A stretch of DNA of 32,000 nt, taken from positions 390,001-422,000 of the forward strand of contig CP060262.1 of the NCBI GenBank assembly GCA_022646745.1, in the 5' to 3' direction. The notes under the pieces are model-generated. The model worked only from the letters and a program-made list of their open reading frames with translations, was not told where the DNA came from and did not search any database. The number at the start of each line of letters is the position of its first letter. The first letter of the stretch is position 1. This DNA comes from Planctomycetales bacterium (lineage in GTDB: Bacteria; 4484-113; JAFGCY01). Below are positions 14,381 through 23,059 of the stretch, piece after piece. The position numbers were made by a program, and so were the translations under genes.

Positions 14381-17300
14381 AATCCACCTTCAGCCAGGCG
14401 ATGATGTTCTGCAGCATGTCGGCGCGGGTCATCCCCGGCGGCTCCGACTCAGTGATGTTGACAGCGGCCCAGGGGTAGCCGATGACCCAATGGCGGGTTG
14501 ATCCGTGATCAGAGAAATTCCTGCCTGGCCAGGTACCAATATTACGATAGGGGGAGAAGTAGCTGCCCCAGCTGAAATGAGCCAGCTTGTAACCACTTAA
14601 CTCTTCCAGCGGAGTAAGACCAGTCGTTGCATAAAGGACTGTCTCCGAGTGGAAACCTTCCTCATAAAGGCCGATGCCGCAATATTGCAGGCCATCCGGC
14701 ATCTCAATCTGGCTGGCCCGGTACCCGGAGCTGCCTTCTTCGTTGTAACTTTCAACCCGCCACTTTGATGCTTCCCTGCTTGTCAATGTGCCCAGGTCTG
14801 CAGTGAAGCTCTGCGGTGATGTCGGGAAGAACTGGCCCTTCTCGAATCCAATGCCGTCATCCGTGACGACACTTGAAGCCCAGGCGTGCCTGGATTCCTC
14901 AAATGGAAGTGTATAGGCCTGCAAATCTGCTCCGTAGAAGAATTCCCAGCCACCAAACCAATCTAGTGGATGGTGATCTGTCAGCTTGGAGTTGTTCTGG
15001 CTCATCATCAGCATCGGCCGGCCCTGCTCAAGGATGGCAATGTAGTTGTCAATCTCAGCCTCAGCCCACATCGTCTCCTGGCGCGGCTCGATGGCATCCG
15101 CCGGCCCGCCCCTGTACCAGAGGACGAGGAAGTGCCCGTGCGGCTGCAGGTCTGCCAGGATGTCGTCCGTGTACGGAATGACCTGCCAGTCCAGCCCGAG
15201 GCTGTCCAGGTCGGCTGTCAGCGCATTGAGGTTGGCATCGTAGCTGCCACCTTCATTGCGAATGATGGCGACATCGAAATCCCCACCGTAGACCACGATG
15301 TCCTTCGTGACAGCCTTCGACCCGACTTCATTGAACCCGGCGAGGCTGACGGGATGGCTGCCGGGGCCAAGGCCGTCCAGCTGGACCTGCAGCTGGTCGA
15401 CAAACTCATAGATGCCGTCATTGTCAACATCCCAGGCGAAGTAGTCAATCGCCGGGGAACTCTGCAGTGTTGTGACATCAAGGGTGACCGACAGCTCATC
15501 ATCTCCCAGCCGGGACGGGGGATCGCTGCTGAAGTCCAGCTCCATTGTGGCACTGGGCACGAGGATCGTCTGGTACTCGATCGGCAGATCCTGCTTCAGG
15601 TACATCCTGATCCAGAACTGGGCGGAACCGCTGTTGATCTGTGCCTGGCCCGAGTAATCAAACGGCTCGACCAGGCTTTCATTGGAGAAACCCGGCCCGG
15701 ACAGGCGAACATCTTCCACAAGGCCGTCCGGGTCAACAAGGTCCAGGCTGTATTCAAGTTCATACGGCCGGAAGTCGATCTCCGGGTTGAATTCGTGCGT
15801 GTAGTATGGCGCCGTCAGGCAACTGGCAATCACCGGCTCGCTGATGGCCGCATTGCCAAACTTGTCACGCACCTCAAGCTGGACGGAAGTCTCTGAGCTT
15901 TCCGCGCAGCTGAACTGCCAGCTGCTGTCCGTGATGAAGCCGCCCTGCGGGATGCCGTCAAGCAGCAGCCGGCAGACCGGACTGGCACCCCAGAGGTTCG
16001 CCCGCCGTACTGTGAAATCCGCCGGCGCCAGCAGGACATCGTCATCCAGCACAGCTGTGACACTGGGCCAGGGATGCAGCTGCACGGTGCTGTCTGCCTC
16101 CCGGTACAGCCCATCAGTACCCAGCACCCTGAGGCGCACGGAATGCAGCTTGGCAATCTCAGGCGTGTATTCAAATGGCTCAGCCCCGCCGGTGACCTGC
16201 ACTGCTTCCGGCTGCGCATCCACGTACCAGGCGTACTGCACAACTTCCGTCGTTCCACCGATCAGCGGAGTGAAGATGAAGCTGTGCGGTGCCACGGCTT
16301 CGCTTTCGCTCGGTTCAATGGCGACCGTCACAAGGCCCTTCAGGCTGAAGCTCCTGAGCGCTTCAGAGCTGGCGCCGTCGCCGTCCGTAACGCGCAGCCG
16401 CACAAGGGAAGTGCCACCCATGAAGCCGGCGTCCAGCTGGACAGCGGCATCGGCAAGCTCGAACTCGCCGTCGCCATCGAGGTCCCAGTCGTAGCTGGCA
16501 ATCCCGCCGTCCCAGTCCGAACTGGCGGAGGCATCGAAGCTGACCGTGTATGGCTCCGGGCCTTCCCCGACTTTATAGCTGAACTCCGCCTGCGGCAGGG
16601 CATTCAGCCTGTAACTGGCCAGCTTGCCGGGCTGCCCTTCAGTGCCTGAGCCTGCATCCCAGGCCGTGACGTAATACTCAATCGTCCCGGCTGTTGCCAG
16701 TTCGTCCACATAGCTGAAGTCCCGGATGTCCCGCCTTGCAGCCTTGAGGAGGAAAGTCACATCACTCTGCGGCCCGCCTGGGCCCGGCAGCAGTTCAGTC
16801 TTCGCCAGCAGCGGGATGTGCCGGTACAGGCGGTAGCCCGTGATCCGCTCCTGCCAGTGCTGGGCAATCACTGTCACATCGGCGAGGCCGACCAGTCCAT
16901 CCGCGTTGCCATCGATATGCGAAAGCGTCCAGTTGTGGCTGCCGACGGAGTCGTCATCGCGGTCCCCAGCGGGCCAGTATGCAACTCCGCCCGCTTCCTC
17001 CTCCGGCTGGTAGCTGACCTTCTCATTCCAGTGGATCGCCAGGGGCACCAGGTCGGAGCTGTTGACCTCGCCGTTGCCATCGTAGTCACCGGGCAGGCGG
17101 GCCGTCCAGCTCAGTTCGATCCGGTTGAGCTGCTCGTTCACATCGGAGACGCGCTTCGCCTGGAGGGTGAACACTTCCGTCCCCGCGGCTGGCGCGGCAC
17201 TGGCATTGCGCTCAGTCCCGAGCCGCTCCAGCTCATCAGTGAGGAACTGCTCCAGCTCTGAGAAGTCGGCTGCAGCAGGTGCAGTGGATTCGACAGCAGG

Positions 17301-17477
17301 CTGTATAGCATTGTCAGGTTGGCCAGCCGGTGACTGTCCGCGCAGGCTGTGAGGTTCCGCCCTGCCCTGCTGCGCCAGTTCACCACTGCCGGAGGAACAG
17401 GCGGCCAGGCACAGCGCAAGCATGGCCAGCAGGCCCGCCGCCAGACGCATCGACAAGTTGTCAGAACTGCGGGTCAT
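14364..17477 (-). CDS. Large secreted lipoprotein, paralog 2 of 3 (same architecture as paralog 3)
   Basis: 1037 aa. By eye it differs from paralog 3 at roughly one residue in twenty over the first ~830 aa and again matches over the last ~45 aa, but is strongly divergent in between. Alternative start at ATG 17450. Confidence 0.85.
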   Translation of the reverse strand: MTRSSDNLSMRLAAGLLAMLALCLAACSSGSGELAQQGRAEPHSLRGQSPAGQPDNAIQPAVESTAPAAADFSELEQFLTDELERLGTERNASAAPAAGTEVFTLQAKRVSDVNEQLNRIELSWTARLPGDYDGNGEVNSSDLVPLAIHWNEKVSYQPEEEAGGVAYWPAGDRDDDSVGSHNWTLSHIDGNADGLVGLADVTVIAQHWQERITGYRLYRHIPLLAKTELLPGPGGPQSDVTFLLKAARRDIRDFSYVDELATAGTIEYYVTAWDAGSGTEGQPGKLASYRLNALPQAEFSYKVGEGPEPYTVSFDASASSDWDGGIASYDWDLDGDGEFELADAAVQLDAGFMGGTSLVRLRVTDGDGASSEALRSFSLKGLVTVAIEPSESEAVAPHSFIFTPLIGGTTEVVQYAWYVDAQPEAVQVTGGAEPFEYTPEIAKLHSVRLRVLGTDGLYREADSTVQLHPWPSVTAVLDDDVLLAPADFTVRRANLWGASPVCRLLLDGIPQGGFITDSSWQFSCAESSETSVQLEVRDKFGNAAISEPVIASCLTAPYYTHEFNPEIDFRPYELEYSLDLVDPDGLVEDVRLSGPGFSNESLVEPFDYSGQAQINSGSAQFWIRMYLKQDLPIEYQTILVPSATMELDFSSDPPSRLGDDELSVTLDVTTLQSSPAIDYFAWDVDNDGIYEFVDQLQVQLDGLGPGSHPVSLAGFNEVGSKAVTKDIVVYGGDFDVAIIRNEGGSYDANLNALTADLDSLGLDWQVIPYTDDILADLQPHGHFLVLWYRGGPADAIEPRQETMWAEAEIDNYIAILEQGRPMLMMSQNNSKLTDHHPLDWFGGWEFFYGADLQAYTLPFEESRHAWASSVVTDDGIGFEKGQFFPTSPQSFTADLGTLTSREASKWRVESYNEEGSSGYRASQIEMPDGLQYCGIGLYEEGFHSETVLYATTGLTPLEELSGYKLAHFSWGSYFSPYRNIGTWPGRNFSDHGSTRHWVIGYPWAAVNITESEPPGMTRADMLQNIIAWLKVDYDPQF

Positions 17478-20400
17478 AGTCCACCTTCAGCCAGCCGATG
17501 ATGTTCTGCAGCATGTCCGCGCGTGTCATGCCGGGCGGCACCGAATCAGCGATATCTACTGCCGCCCATGGGAAGCCTACAACCCACTGGCGTGTGTTGC
17601 CATGGTCACTGAAGCTGTAGTTCGGCCAGTGGCCCATATTGCGGTATGGAGTCTGGGTCCCACCCCAGCTGCCATAGACCAGGTTGAAGCCGTTCTGCAA
17701 CGGAGTGACAACCAATCCAGTGATTCCACTGGGGGGAACCGGCTCAAGGAAATCATTGCTGTATGCCGTGCAGCTTAGTTGCAGGCCTGGTTCAAGAACA
17801 ATCTGCTTGACGGAGTACCCAGAGCTGCCTGGGCCACCATACTTTTCCGCAGTATAGTCAAAATCCCAGATAGTTCTGTCGATCATCCCAGTCACATCCC
17901 CGGAGAAGCTTACCGGGGCAAACTCAAACCACTGATTGGTTCCGAATCCGGTGTATCTGTCACACATCAGCGCCTGCGCCCAAATTAAGCGATGCTCATC
18001 TGCATCAACAACAGCATCCTGGATGTCTGCGTTGAAAAAGGTTTCATATCCGCCGGACCATTCCGGATGTTCTGACGGCCTTGTGCTGTTCTGGCTCATC
18101 ATCAGCATCGGCCGGCCCTGCTCTAGGAGCGCGATGTAGTTGTCAATCTCCGCCGTGGTCCACATCGTCTCCTGGCGCGGCTCGATGGCATCCGCCGGAC
18201 CGCCGCGGTACCACAGCACCACGAAGTGCCCGTGGCTGAGCAGATCACTGGCAATGCTGTCCGAGTACGGGAATTCCTGCCAGCTCAGGGCAAGTGAGTC
18301 AAGGTCGTCCTTGATTGCGTCAATGTTCGTGCTGTATGTCCCGCCGTCGTTGCGGATGATGGCGACATCCGTCTCAACCGGCCAGACCTGCATGGTATGG
18401 CTGAAGGAGCGTGTGTCGCCAATGGAGTTCTCCACTTCCAGCCTGACTTCATGAATACCGGGCTCCAGCCAATTGGTAGTGAAGTGGAATTCATTCAAAT
18501 TGGAGCCATAGCCACCGTTCACAAACCACTCATGACTGCGTATGGATGGGTACCCATCGTATTCCGTGATGTCCACTTCCGCATTGACCCCACTGCCCAT
18601 GTATGACTCCGGCGTAATGCTGAAGTCAGCAAGGATGTACCCCGAATCAAAGTAATAATCAGTTGCCAGGTCAGGATACTGGAACATGTCAAGCGTCAGT
18701 CTGAAGTACGGCCAGTTTGACTGGCCTGCTCCTTCGCTTGTGTTATATGTTCCACCTTTAAGCGAGACACTCTTGTCAGGATCCGTGTCTCCATTTGGCA
18801 ATCTGACGAGGATCTGGTTCACCAGGTTGTCAGGATCGTCAATTTCAGTGATCTGCCAGTTTATGTCAAACGGATATGTCCCGATCTTCGGATCGTATTC
18901 GAAGGTGATGTCAGGCAGTACCTGTGCCTTCACTGTGTAGGCCTTGCTCAGTGCCGTGTTGCCGAACTTGTCAATCGCCTCGACCTGCAGCTCCGCACTG
19001 CCTCTCTCCTGCAGCACGTACAGCCAGCTTGTCTGCTGGTTGAATTCACCCTGCGGGTTGCCATCCACCACGAGACGGAAAAGCGGGTCCGCACCGCTGG
19101 AGGCGGTGACACTCTGGGTGAATGTCGCTGGTGCCAGACCATATGCACTTTCCGGCCTGGCTGTGACACTGACTTCCGCATGGCACTGCAGCAACAGGCT
19201 GGCTTCGCGGTAGATGCCGTCCTCGCCCTTCACCTTGAGGCGCGCGGTAGTTGATTCCGGGGAATTGAGAGTGAACTGTTTCGGCTCCGGCGTGAATTCC
19301 AGTGCGACCGGCGTCTCATCCGCACCTTCATACCATTCATACTGCACAGCCGGCATGCTGCCGCTGACAACAGGATTGACGGTGAAGGTATGCGGGGTAA
19401 TGGCCTCGGATTCGTCCACCTGCAGCTGCACATTCAGCAGGGAGGGCAGCAGGATGTTGCGGCTCAGCACGGTCTGCCCGCCCTGGTCATCGGTCACCCG
19501 CAGCTGGATGAGCGGGAAGCCCGCCGGCAGCACCGCCTCGATCTCGGCTGAGTCCGCCGCATCGGCAAACTCGCCGTCGCCATCGAGGTCCCATGCGTAA
19601 CTGACGATCTCACCGTCAGGATCATTGCTGCCCAGCGCGCTGAAGGAGAGCGTATAGGGTTCGTCCTCCACGAGGATCTCGTAGTCAAACTCCGCGATCG
19701 GCTGCATGTTGACGAGGTAGGAGGCGATGTTGCCTTCCGGTGCTTCCGTGTCTGTGAACTCGTCCCAGGCGCGCACCGTGTACTGATAGCTGCCGGGGAT
19801 GCCGACACTGTCAATGTAGGCATACTCCCGCAGGACCGGGTCGTCCGCCTCGCGGCTGACACTGATCGGGCTGTCCTCCACGTCCGGCATCGGCAGCAGC
19901 ACCCCGTTGCCAAGCTCCAGGTTGCGGCGGTAGATGCGGTAGCCGGTGTAGCGCTGCTTCCAGTGCTGCGCGATCACCGTCACGTCGGCCATGCCAACCA
20001 CGCCGTCATGGTTGCCATCAACATAGCTCGCCAGCCAGTTCTGCCTGCCAAGCGAATTGTCATGCCGGTCACCCGCCGGGAAGTGGTCGATGCCGCTTTC
20101 CTCCACAGGCAGGTAGGAAACCTGCTGGCCCCAGCGCTGGCCAAGCGGCACGAGGTCGCCGAAGTTCACTTCGCCATTGCCGTCGTAGTCACCGGGCAGG
20201 TGCTTGGTCCAGCGCAGTTCCACCCGGTTGAGCTGCTCACCGGGTCCGGAAACACGGGTGGCCGACAGGTTGAACACCGCGCTGTCGGCACCGGGGGCTT
20301 CGCTGGCCGTGCGCTGCTTCTCCAGGCGCTCCAGTTCAGCAAGCAGGAAGTTCTCGATCCGCTCAATGTCGCATTCGCCGCCGGAGCTAGCGGTCGGATC

Positions 20401-20637
20401 CACCGCTGCCGTATCCGAGTCGTCCTGCGCATTATCCGCAGCACCGTTCGTGATCACTTCCCCGTGTACGGTCAGCAGCTGGGAACTCTGGTTATTGGCA
20501 TCAAGTGAGCTGGACTTACTGCCGCCGCAGGATGCAAGCAGTAAAAGCAGCAGGCAGGCAGCAGCCAGCCGTGATGGAAGGAGCACGCGTGCAGCAGAAT
20601 TCGCCGTGTGCATCTTTTCAGCACTGATTTCAGCCAT
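17461..20637 (-). CDS. Large secreted lipoprotein, paralog 1 of 3 (more divergent copy, same domain order)
   Basis: 1058 aa. LLLLLLASCGG lipobox, GDYDGNGEVNFGDLVPL and DGNHDGVVGMADVTVIAQHW, a PKD block (SNDPDGEIVSYAWDLDGDGEF...LRVTDDQGG), and the conserved C-terminal HGHFVVLWYRGGPADAIEPRQETMWTTAEIDNYI and GMTRADMLQNIIGWLKVDYDPQF. SD-like GGGGGA precedes ATG 20637; ATG 20613 is an alternative. Confidence 0.85.
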   Translation of the reverse strand: MAEISAEKMHTANSAARVLLPSRLAAACLLLLLLASCGGSKSSSLDANNQSSQLLTVHGEVITNGAADNAQDDSDTAAVDPTASSGGECDIERIENFLLAELERLEKQRTASEAPGADSAVFNLSATRVSGPGEQLNRVELRWTKHLPGDYDGNGEVNFGDLVPLGQRWGQQVSYLPVEESGIDHFPAGDRHDNSLGRQNWLASYVDGNHDGVVGMADVTVIAQHWKQRYTGYRIYRRNLELGNGVLLPMPDVEDSPISVSREADDPVLREYAYIDSVGIPGSYQYTVRAWDEFTDTEAPEGNIASYLVNMQPIAEFDYEILVEDEPYTLSFSALGSNDPDGEIVSYAWDLDGDGEFADAADSAEIEAVLPAGFPLIQLRVTDDQGGQTVLSRNILLPSLLNVQLQVDESEAITPHTFTVNPVVSGSMPAVQYEWYEGADETPVALEFTPEPKQFTLNSPESTTARLKVKGEDGIYREASLLLQCHAEVSVTARPESAYGLAPATFTQSVTASSGADPLFRLVVDGNPQGEFNQQTSWLYVLQERGSAELQVEAIDKFGNTALSKAYTVKAQVLPDITFEYDPKIGTYPFDINWQITEIDDPDNLVNQILVRLPNGDTDPDKSVSLKGGTYNTSEGAGQSNWPYFRLTLDMFQYPDLATDYYFDSGYILADFSITPESYMGSGVNAEVDITEYDGYPSIRSHEWFVNGGYGSNLNEFHFTTNWLEPGIHEVRLEVENSIGDTRSFSHTMQVWPVETDVAIIRNDGGTYSTNIDAIKDDLDSLALSWQEFPYSDSIASDLLSHGHFVVLWYRGGPADAIEPRQETMWTTAEIDNYIALLEQGRPMLMMSQNSTRPSEHPEWSGGYETFFNADIQDAVVDADEHRLIWAQALMCDRYTGFGTNQWFEFAPVSFSGDVTGMIDRTIWDFDYTAEKYGGPGSSGYSVKQIVLEPGLQLSCTAYSNDFLEPVPPSGITGLVVTPLQNGFNLVYGSWGGTQTPYRNMGHWPNYSFSDHGNTRQWVVGFPWAAVDIADSVPPGMTRADMLQNIIGWLKVDYDPQF

Positions 20638-20677
20638 TGATTCCCCCAGGAGTTAGCCGGTGGTTAAACCCAGTGTA

Positions 20678-20685
20678 AATATACT
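20678..20685. promoter_or_regulatory. Overlapping divergent -10-like hexamers (TATACT on plus, TATATT on minus) between lipoprotein paralog 1 and the 20782 gene
   Basis: AAATATACT core. It is the only AT-rich block in the 144-nt divergent spacer. Confidence 0.3.
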
Positions 20686-20781
20686 TACCTGCCGTGGGGC
20701 GGATGTCAAGCGAGACGGGATGCCGCGCTTGTGAAACTATGGCCCGCGCGGGCCAGTCCTACAGCGGGGAGGTTATGCGGC

Positions 20782-21684
20782 ATGGATGAGGACATCGCAC
20801 GCTTTGAAGCACGCCGGACACGCGGCTGCCGCTGCTGCGGCTGGCTGCTGCTGGCTGGCCTGCTCGGGCTGGGCCTGATCATGTGGGGTGACTACAGCAG
20901 GTCGAAACGGATGGCGGAGACCATGAACACGGATGAGCTGATGAGCACCGAACAGGTGGAGCAGTTCATCGCCGAGAATGACATCAAGGTCAAGCACGAG
21001 GATGGTGAGTGGAAGGCCGAGCCCCCCTGGAAGCAGCCGATCGTGGACCAGCTGCGTGACCGCTTCGAGGACCTCGCCAGTGAGGAACGCATTGCCGAGA
21101 TGAAGCAGCGCGCCGAGGACAGCCGGCTGTACATCCGCAGCCTGCTGGACAAGTCGCCGGAGGAGCTGCGGCCTAAGCTGGATGAACTGAAGGAGCAGAT
21201 CGCCAACCTGACGGACCGTGAGACGGTGCGCGAGGCGATCGAGAAGGTGTCCGAACTGGACGGCGAATGGGTGGAGGAAGAGGCCCAGCGCCTGCTGGAC
21301 AGTAAACCAGGGGAGAACATCGAGCTGTATGTGTCGAAGCTGCAGGCGATGCTGGAGAACGTCAAGGATGAGGACTTGCGGCAGAAGCTGCGTGATGCAA
21401 TAGACGAGCAGCTGGGACAGCAGCAGCAGCAGGCCGAGCGCGGTGAGCTGCCGGACATCAACCCGGAGACTGGTGAAGTGCCCCTTGTGCTGGCATACCT
21501 GAAGGAACACAAGGATCCGCGCAAACCCGTGGACTGGAGCTTCGTGAAGGAAGTGGAGCTGGACGACGGCCCGGCCTACAGCGTGGATGTGATCTTTGGA
21601 GATGGTACGGAGACGACCTACTACATCCGCGGTGGCGAAGTGGTGCTGGTGGCGACGCGGGACAAGGCTGCAGATGACGCCTGA
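20782..21684 (+). CDS. Hypothetical membrane-anchored, charged coiled-coil-like protein (300 aa)
   Basis: ATG 20782 is preceded by GGAGG (20768-20772) at 9 nt, and I prefer it over the GTG at 20731. One N-terminal TM segment (CCGWLLLAGLLGLGLIMWG) is followed by an E/K/R/L-rich sequence. No family recognised. Confidence 0.6.
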   Translation: MDEDIARFEARRTRGCRCCGWLLLAGLLGLGLIMWGDYSRSKRMAETMNTDELMSTEQVEQFIAENDIKVKHEDGEWKAEPPWKQPIVDQLRDRFEDLASEERIAEMKQRAEDSRLYIRSLLDKSPEELRPKLDELKEQIANLTDRETVREAIEKVSELDGEWVEEEAQRLLDSKPGENIELYVSKLQAMLENVKDEDLRQKLRDAIDEQLGQQQQQAERGELPDINPETGEVPLVLAYLKEHKDPRKPVDWSFVKEVELDDGPAYSVDVIFGDGTETTYYIRGGEVVLVATRDKAADDA

Positions 21685-21884
21685 GCCGATGCCCGCGCTC
21701 ATTCATATATGATTGTGGCCTGCCGGACCCACTGAACAACTGCCCGAACTGCGGCGCTGCACTTGCGAGTGAGGCCCTGCGCTGTGCCAATTGTGACGCA
21801 TCCACTCCGCTGGGGCGGGAGACTGAACCCGAGGACCGGATCACGCAGGAGCTTTCCCGGCATGCTGATGACGAGCATCCGGAC

Positions 21885-22424
21885 GTGCGCGAAATGCTGC
21901 AGAGCGGGATTGACGATGCACCGCAGGATGCGCCTGAGCCGGAAGTGATCGTGGTGCGCGAGCCGGTGGTGATCGATGGCGGCGGCCGGCAGTATTCACA
22001 CCGCGAGCGGGCCAGCTCCTGCTACATCAACCGCTCCTGCCCGACCTGCGCACCATGCTGCCTGGCAATGTTCCTGGCGCCGATGATCTTCCTGTTGTGG
22101 ACGCTGTACCCCGGCTGGAAGCAGTCGCGTGAGATCGCGCGCTACAGCAGCCGTGAGGCCAGCCAGCAGGCCGAGAGCCAACCCGACCCTGCCAGCGACC
22201 GCCTGTTGTCAGAGGTGCGCGAACTGGAGTTTGACAGTCGCACGGCGGTCGAGGCCTTCATCGAGGAACGTGGAATTGCCTATTCGCGACGCGAGGACGG
22301 CTACTGGATCGCATCAGACCGTACGCAGCAGGCTGCTTTGGTGGTGCTGCAGCAGCGCTGGATGGAACTGCCGGAGGATCCTGACGGGGATGAAGCAGTG
22401 ACTGACGATGCAGCGGATGAATAA
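21885..22424 (+). CDS. Hypothetical membrane protein. The reading frame is open from 21678 and encodes a CxxC-N10-CxxC zinc ribbon upstream of this GTG, so the true start is probably upstream and non-canonical.
   Basis: ORF-track GTG start. One TM segment (CCLAMFLAPMIFLLWTLY) and an acidic tail. See the finding on 21678-21884. Confidence 0.6.
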   Translation: MREMLQSGIDDAPQDAPEPEVIVVREPVVIDGGGRQYSHRERASSCYINRSCPTCAPCCLAMFLAPMIFLLWTLYPGWKQSREIARYSSREASQQAESQPDPASDRLLSEVRELEFDSRTAVEAFIEERGIAYSRREDGYWIASDRTQQAALVVLQQRWMELPEDPDGDEAVTDDAADE

Positions 22425-22659
22425 CAGCGGGAAATTTCCGGAAATTCAGCGGCAGGACTGTAACGCTTTTTTGCAGGCCACGTCTTAGATAGTGCATACA
22501 CACCTGTGACAGGTTCGCAGGAGAGGATCGGGCTTCCCGGGCTGCAAAGCAGCCGTTCGGATTAGCCTCCTGGCGATTTCGCCCGGGCCCGTCCAATCCG
22601 GAGCCGTCCGGCCATGGGGTGGTTATTTCTTCGACCCATCACCCCACCTTGCATTCATG

Positions 22660-22665
22660 TACAAT
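22660..22665 (+). promoter_or_regulatory. -10 box TACAAT, 6 nt upstream of ATG 22672
   Basis: Spacer 22666-22671. Confidence 0.45.
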
Positions 22666-22671
22666 CACGCC

Positions 22672-22977
22672 ATGGCCGGATGGCTCCGAACCTTCCTCCT
22701 GATATTCGTGGCAGCGCACCTGCTCGTGATTTCCCTCAACCACTTCCTCGGCCCGTTTGACCCGTTCAGGGGCGAGGGTGAACTGACCCGTGACCAGATC
22801 ACGCTCGGCACCGGCTTCTACGGCGTGCTGGCGGGCCTGCTGATCTTCGCCTGGGTGATCATCTGGCTGATTGTGTTCTTCCTGCTGCGCGACCGCGCGA
22901 AGCAGGCTGAGAAGAAACAGAAGCAGAATGAGAAGCAGGGTCAGCAACAGAAGCAGAATCAGAAGCAGGGTCAGTAG
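22672..22977 (+). CDS. Small two-TM membrane protein with a K/Q-rich repeat-encoded tail (101 aa)
   Basis: Start re-assigned to ATG 22672 because TACAAT (22660-22665) lies exactly 6 nt upstream. Two hydrophobic segments, then EKKQKQNEKQGQQQKQNQKQGQ. Confidence 0.55.
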   Translation: MAGWLRTFLLIFVAAHLLVISLNHFLGPFDPFRGEGELTRDQITLGTGFYGVLAGLLIFAWVIIWLIVFFLLRDRAKQAEKKQKQNEKQGQQQKQNQKQGQ

Positions 22978-23047
22978 CGGCTACTTCCTGTCGTCGGATC
23001 CGCGAAGCTTTGCACGATCCCCCCTCCCCTGTCTGGACAGCGCGGCG

Positions 23048-23053
23048 TAGAAT
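23048..23053 (+). promoter_or_regulatory. -10 box TAGAAT, 6 nt upstream of the TSUP ATG
   Basis: Spacer 23054-23059, ATG 23060. Confidence 0.5.
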
Positions 23054-23059
23054 GGTCGC

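Noticed and set aside
11273-20637. Cellulosome-type system, suggested by the dockerin-like repeats
   Set aside because: No cohesin-bearing scaffoldin or glycoside hydrolase domain is recognisable in these proteins or in the window. The two Ca-loop segments are separated by an atypical ~45-aa insert. Dockerin-like modules are widespread outside cellulosomes.
22440-22472. Intrinsic terminator after the 21885..22424 gene (T6 run at 22467-22472)
   Set aside because: The best stem I can draw before the T-run is only about 4 bp (AGCG/CGCT) with a 12-nt loop, which is too weak to call.
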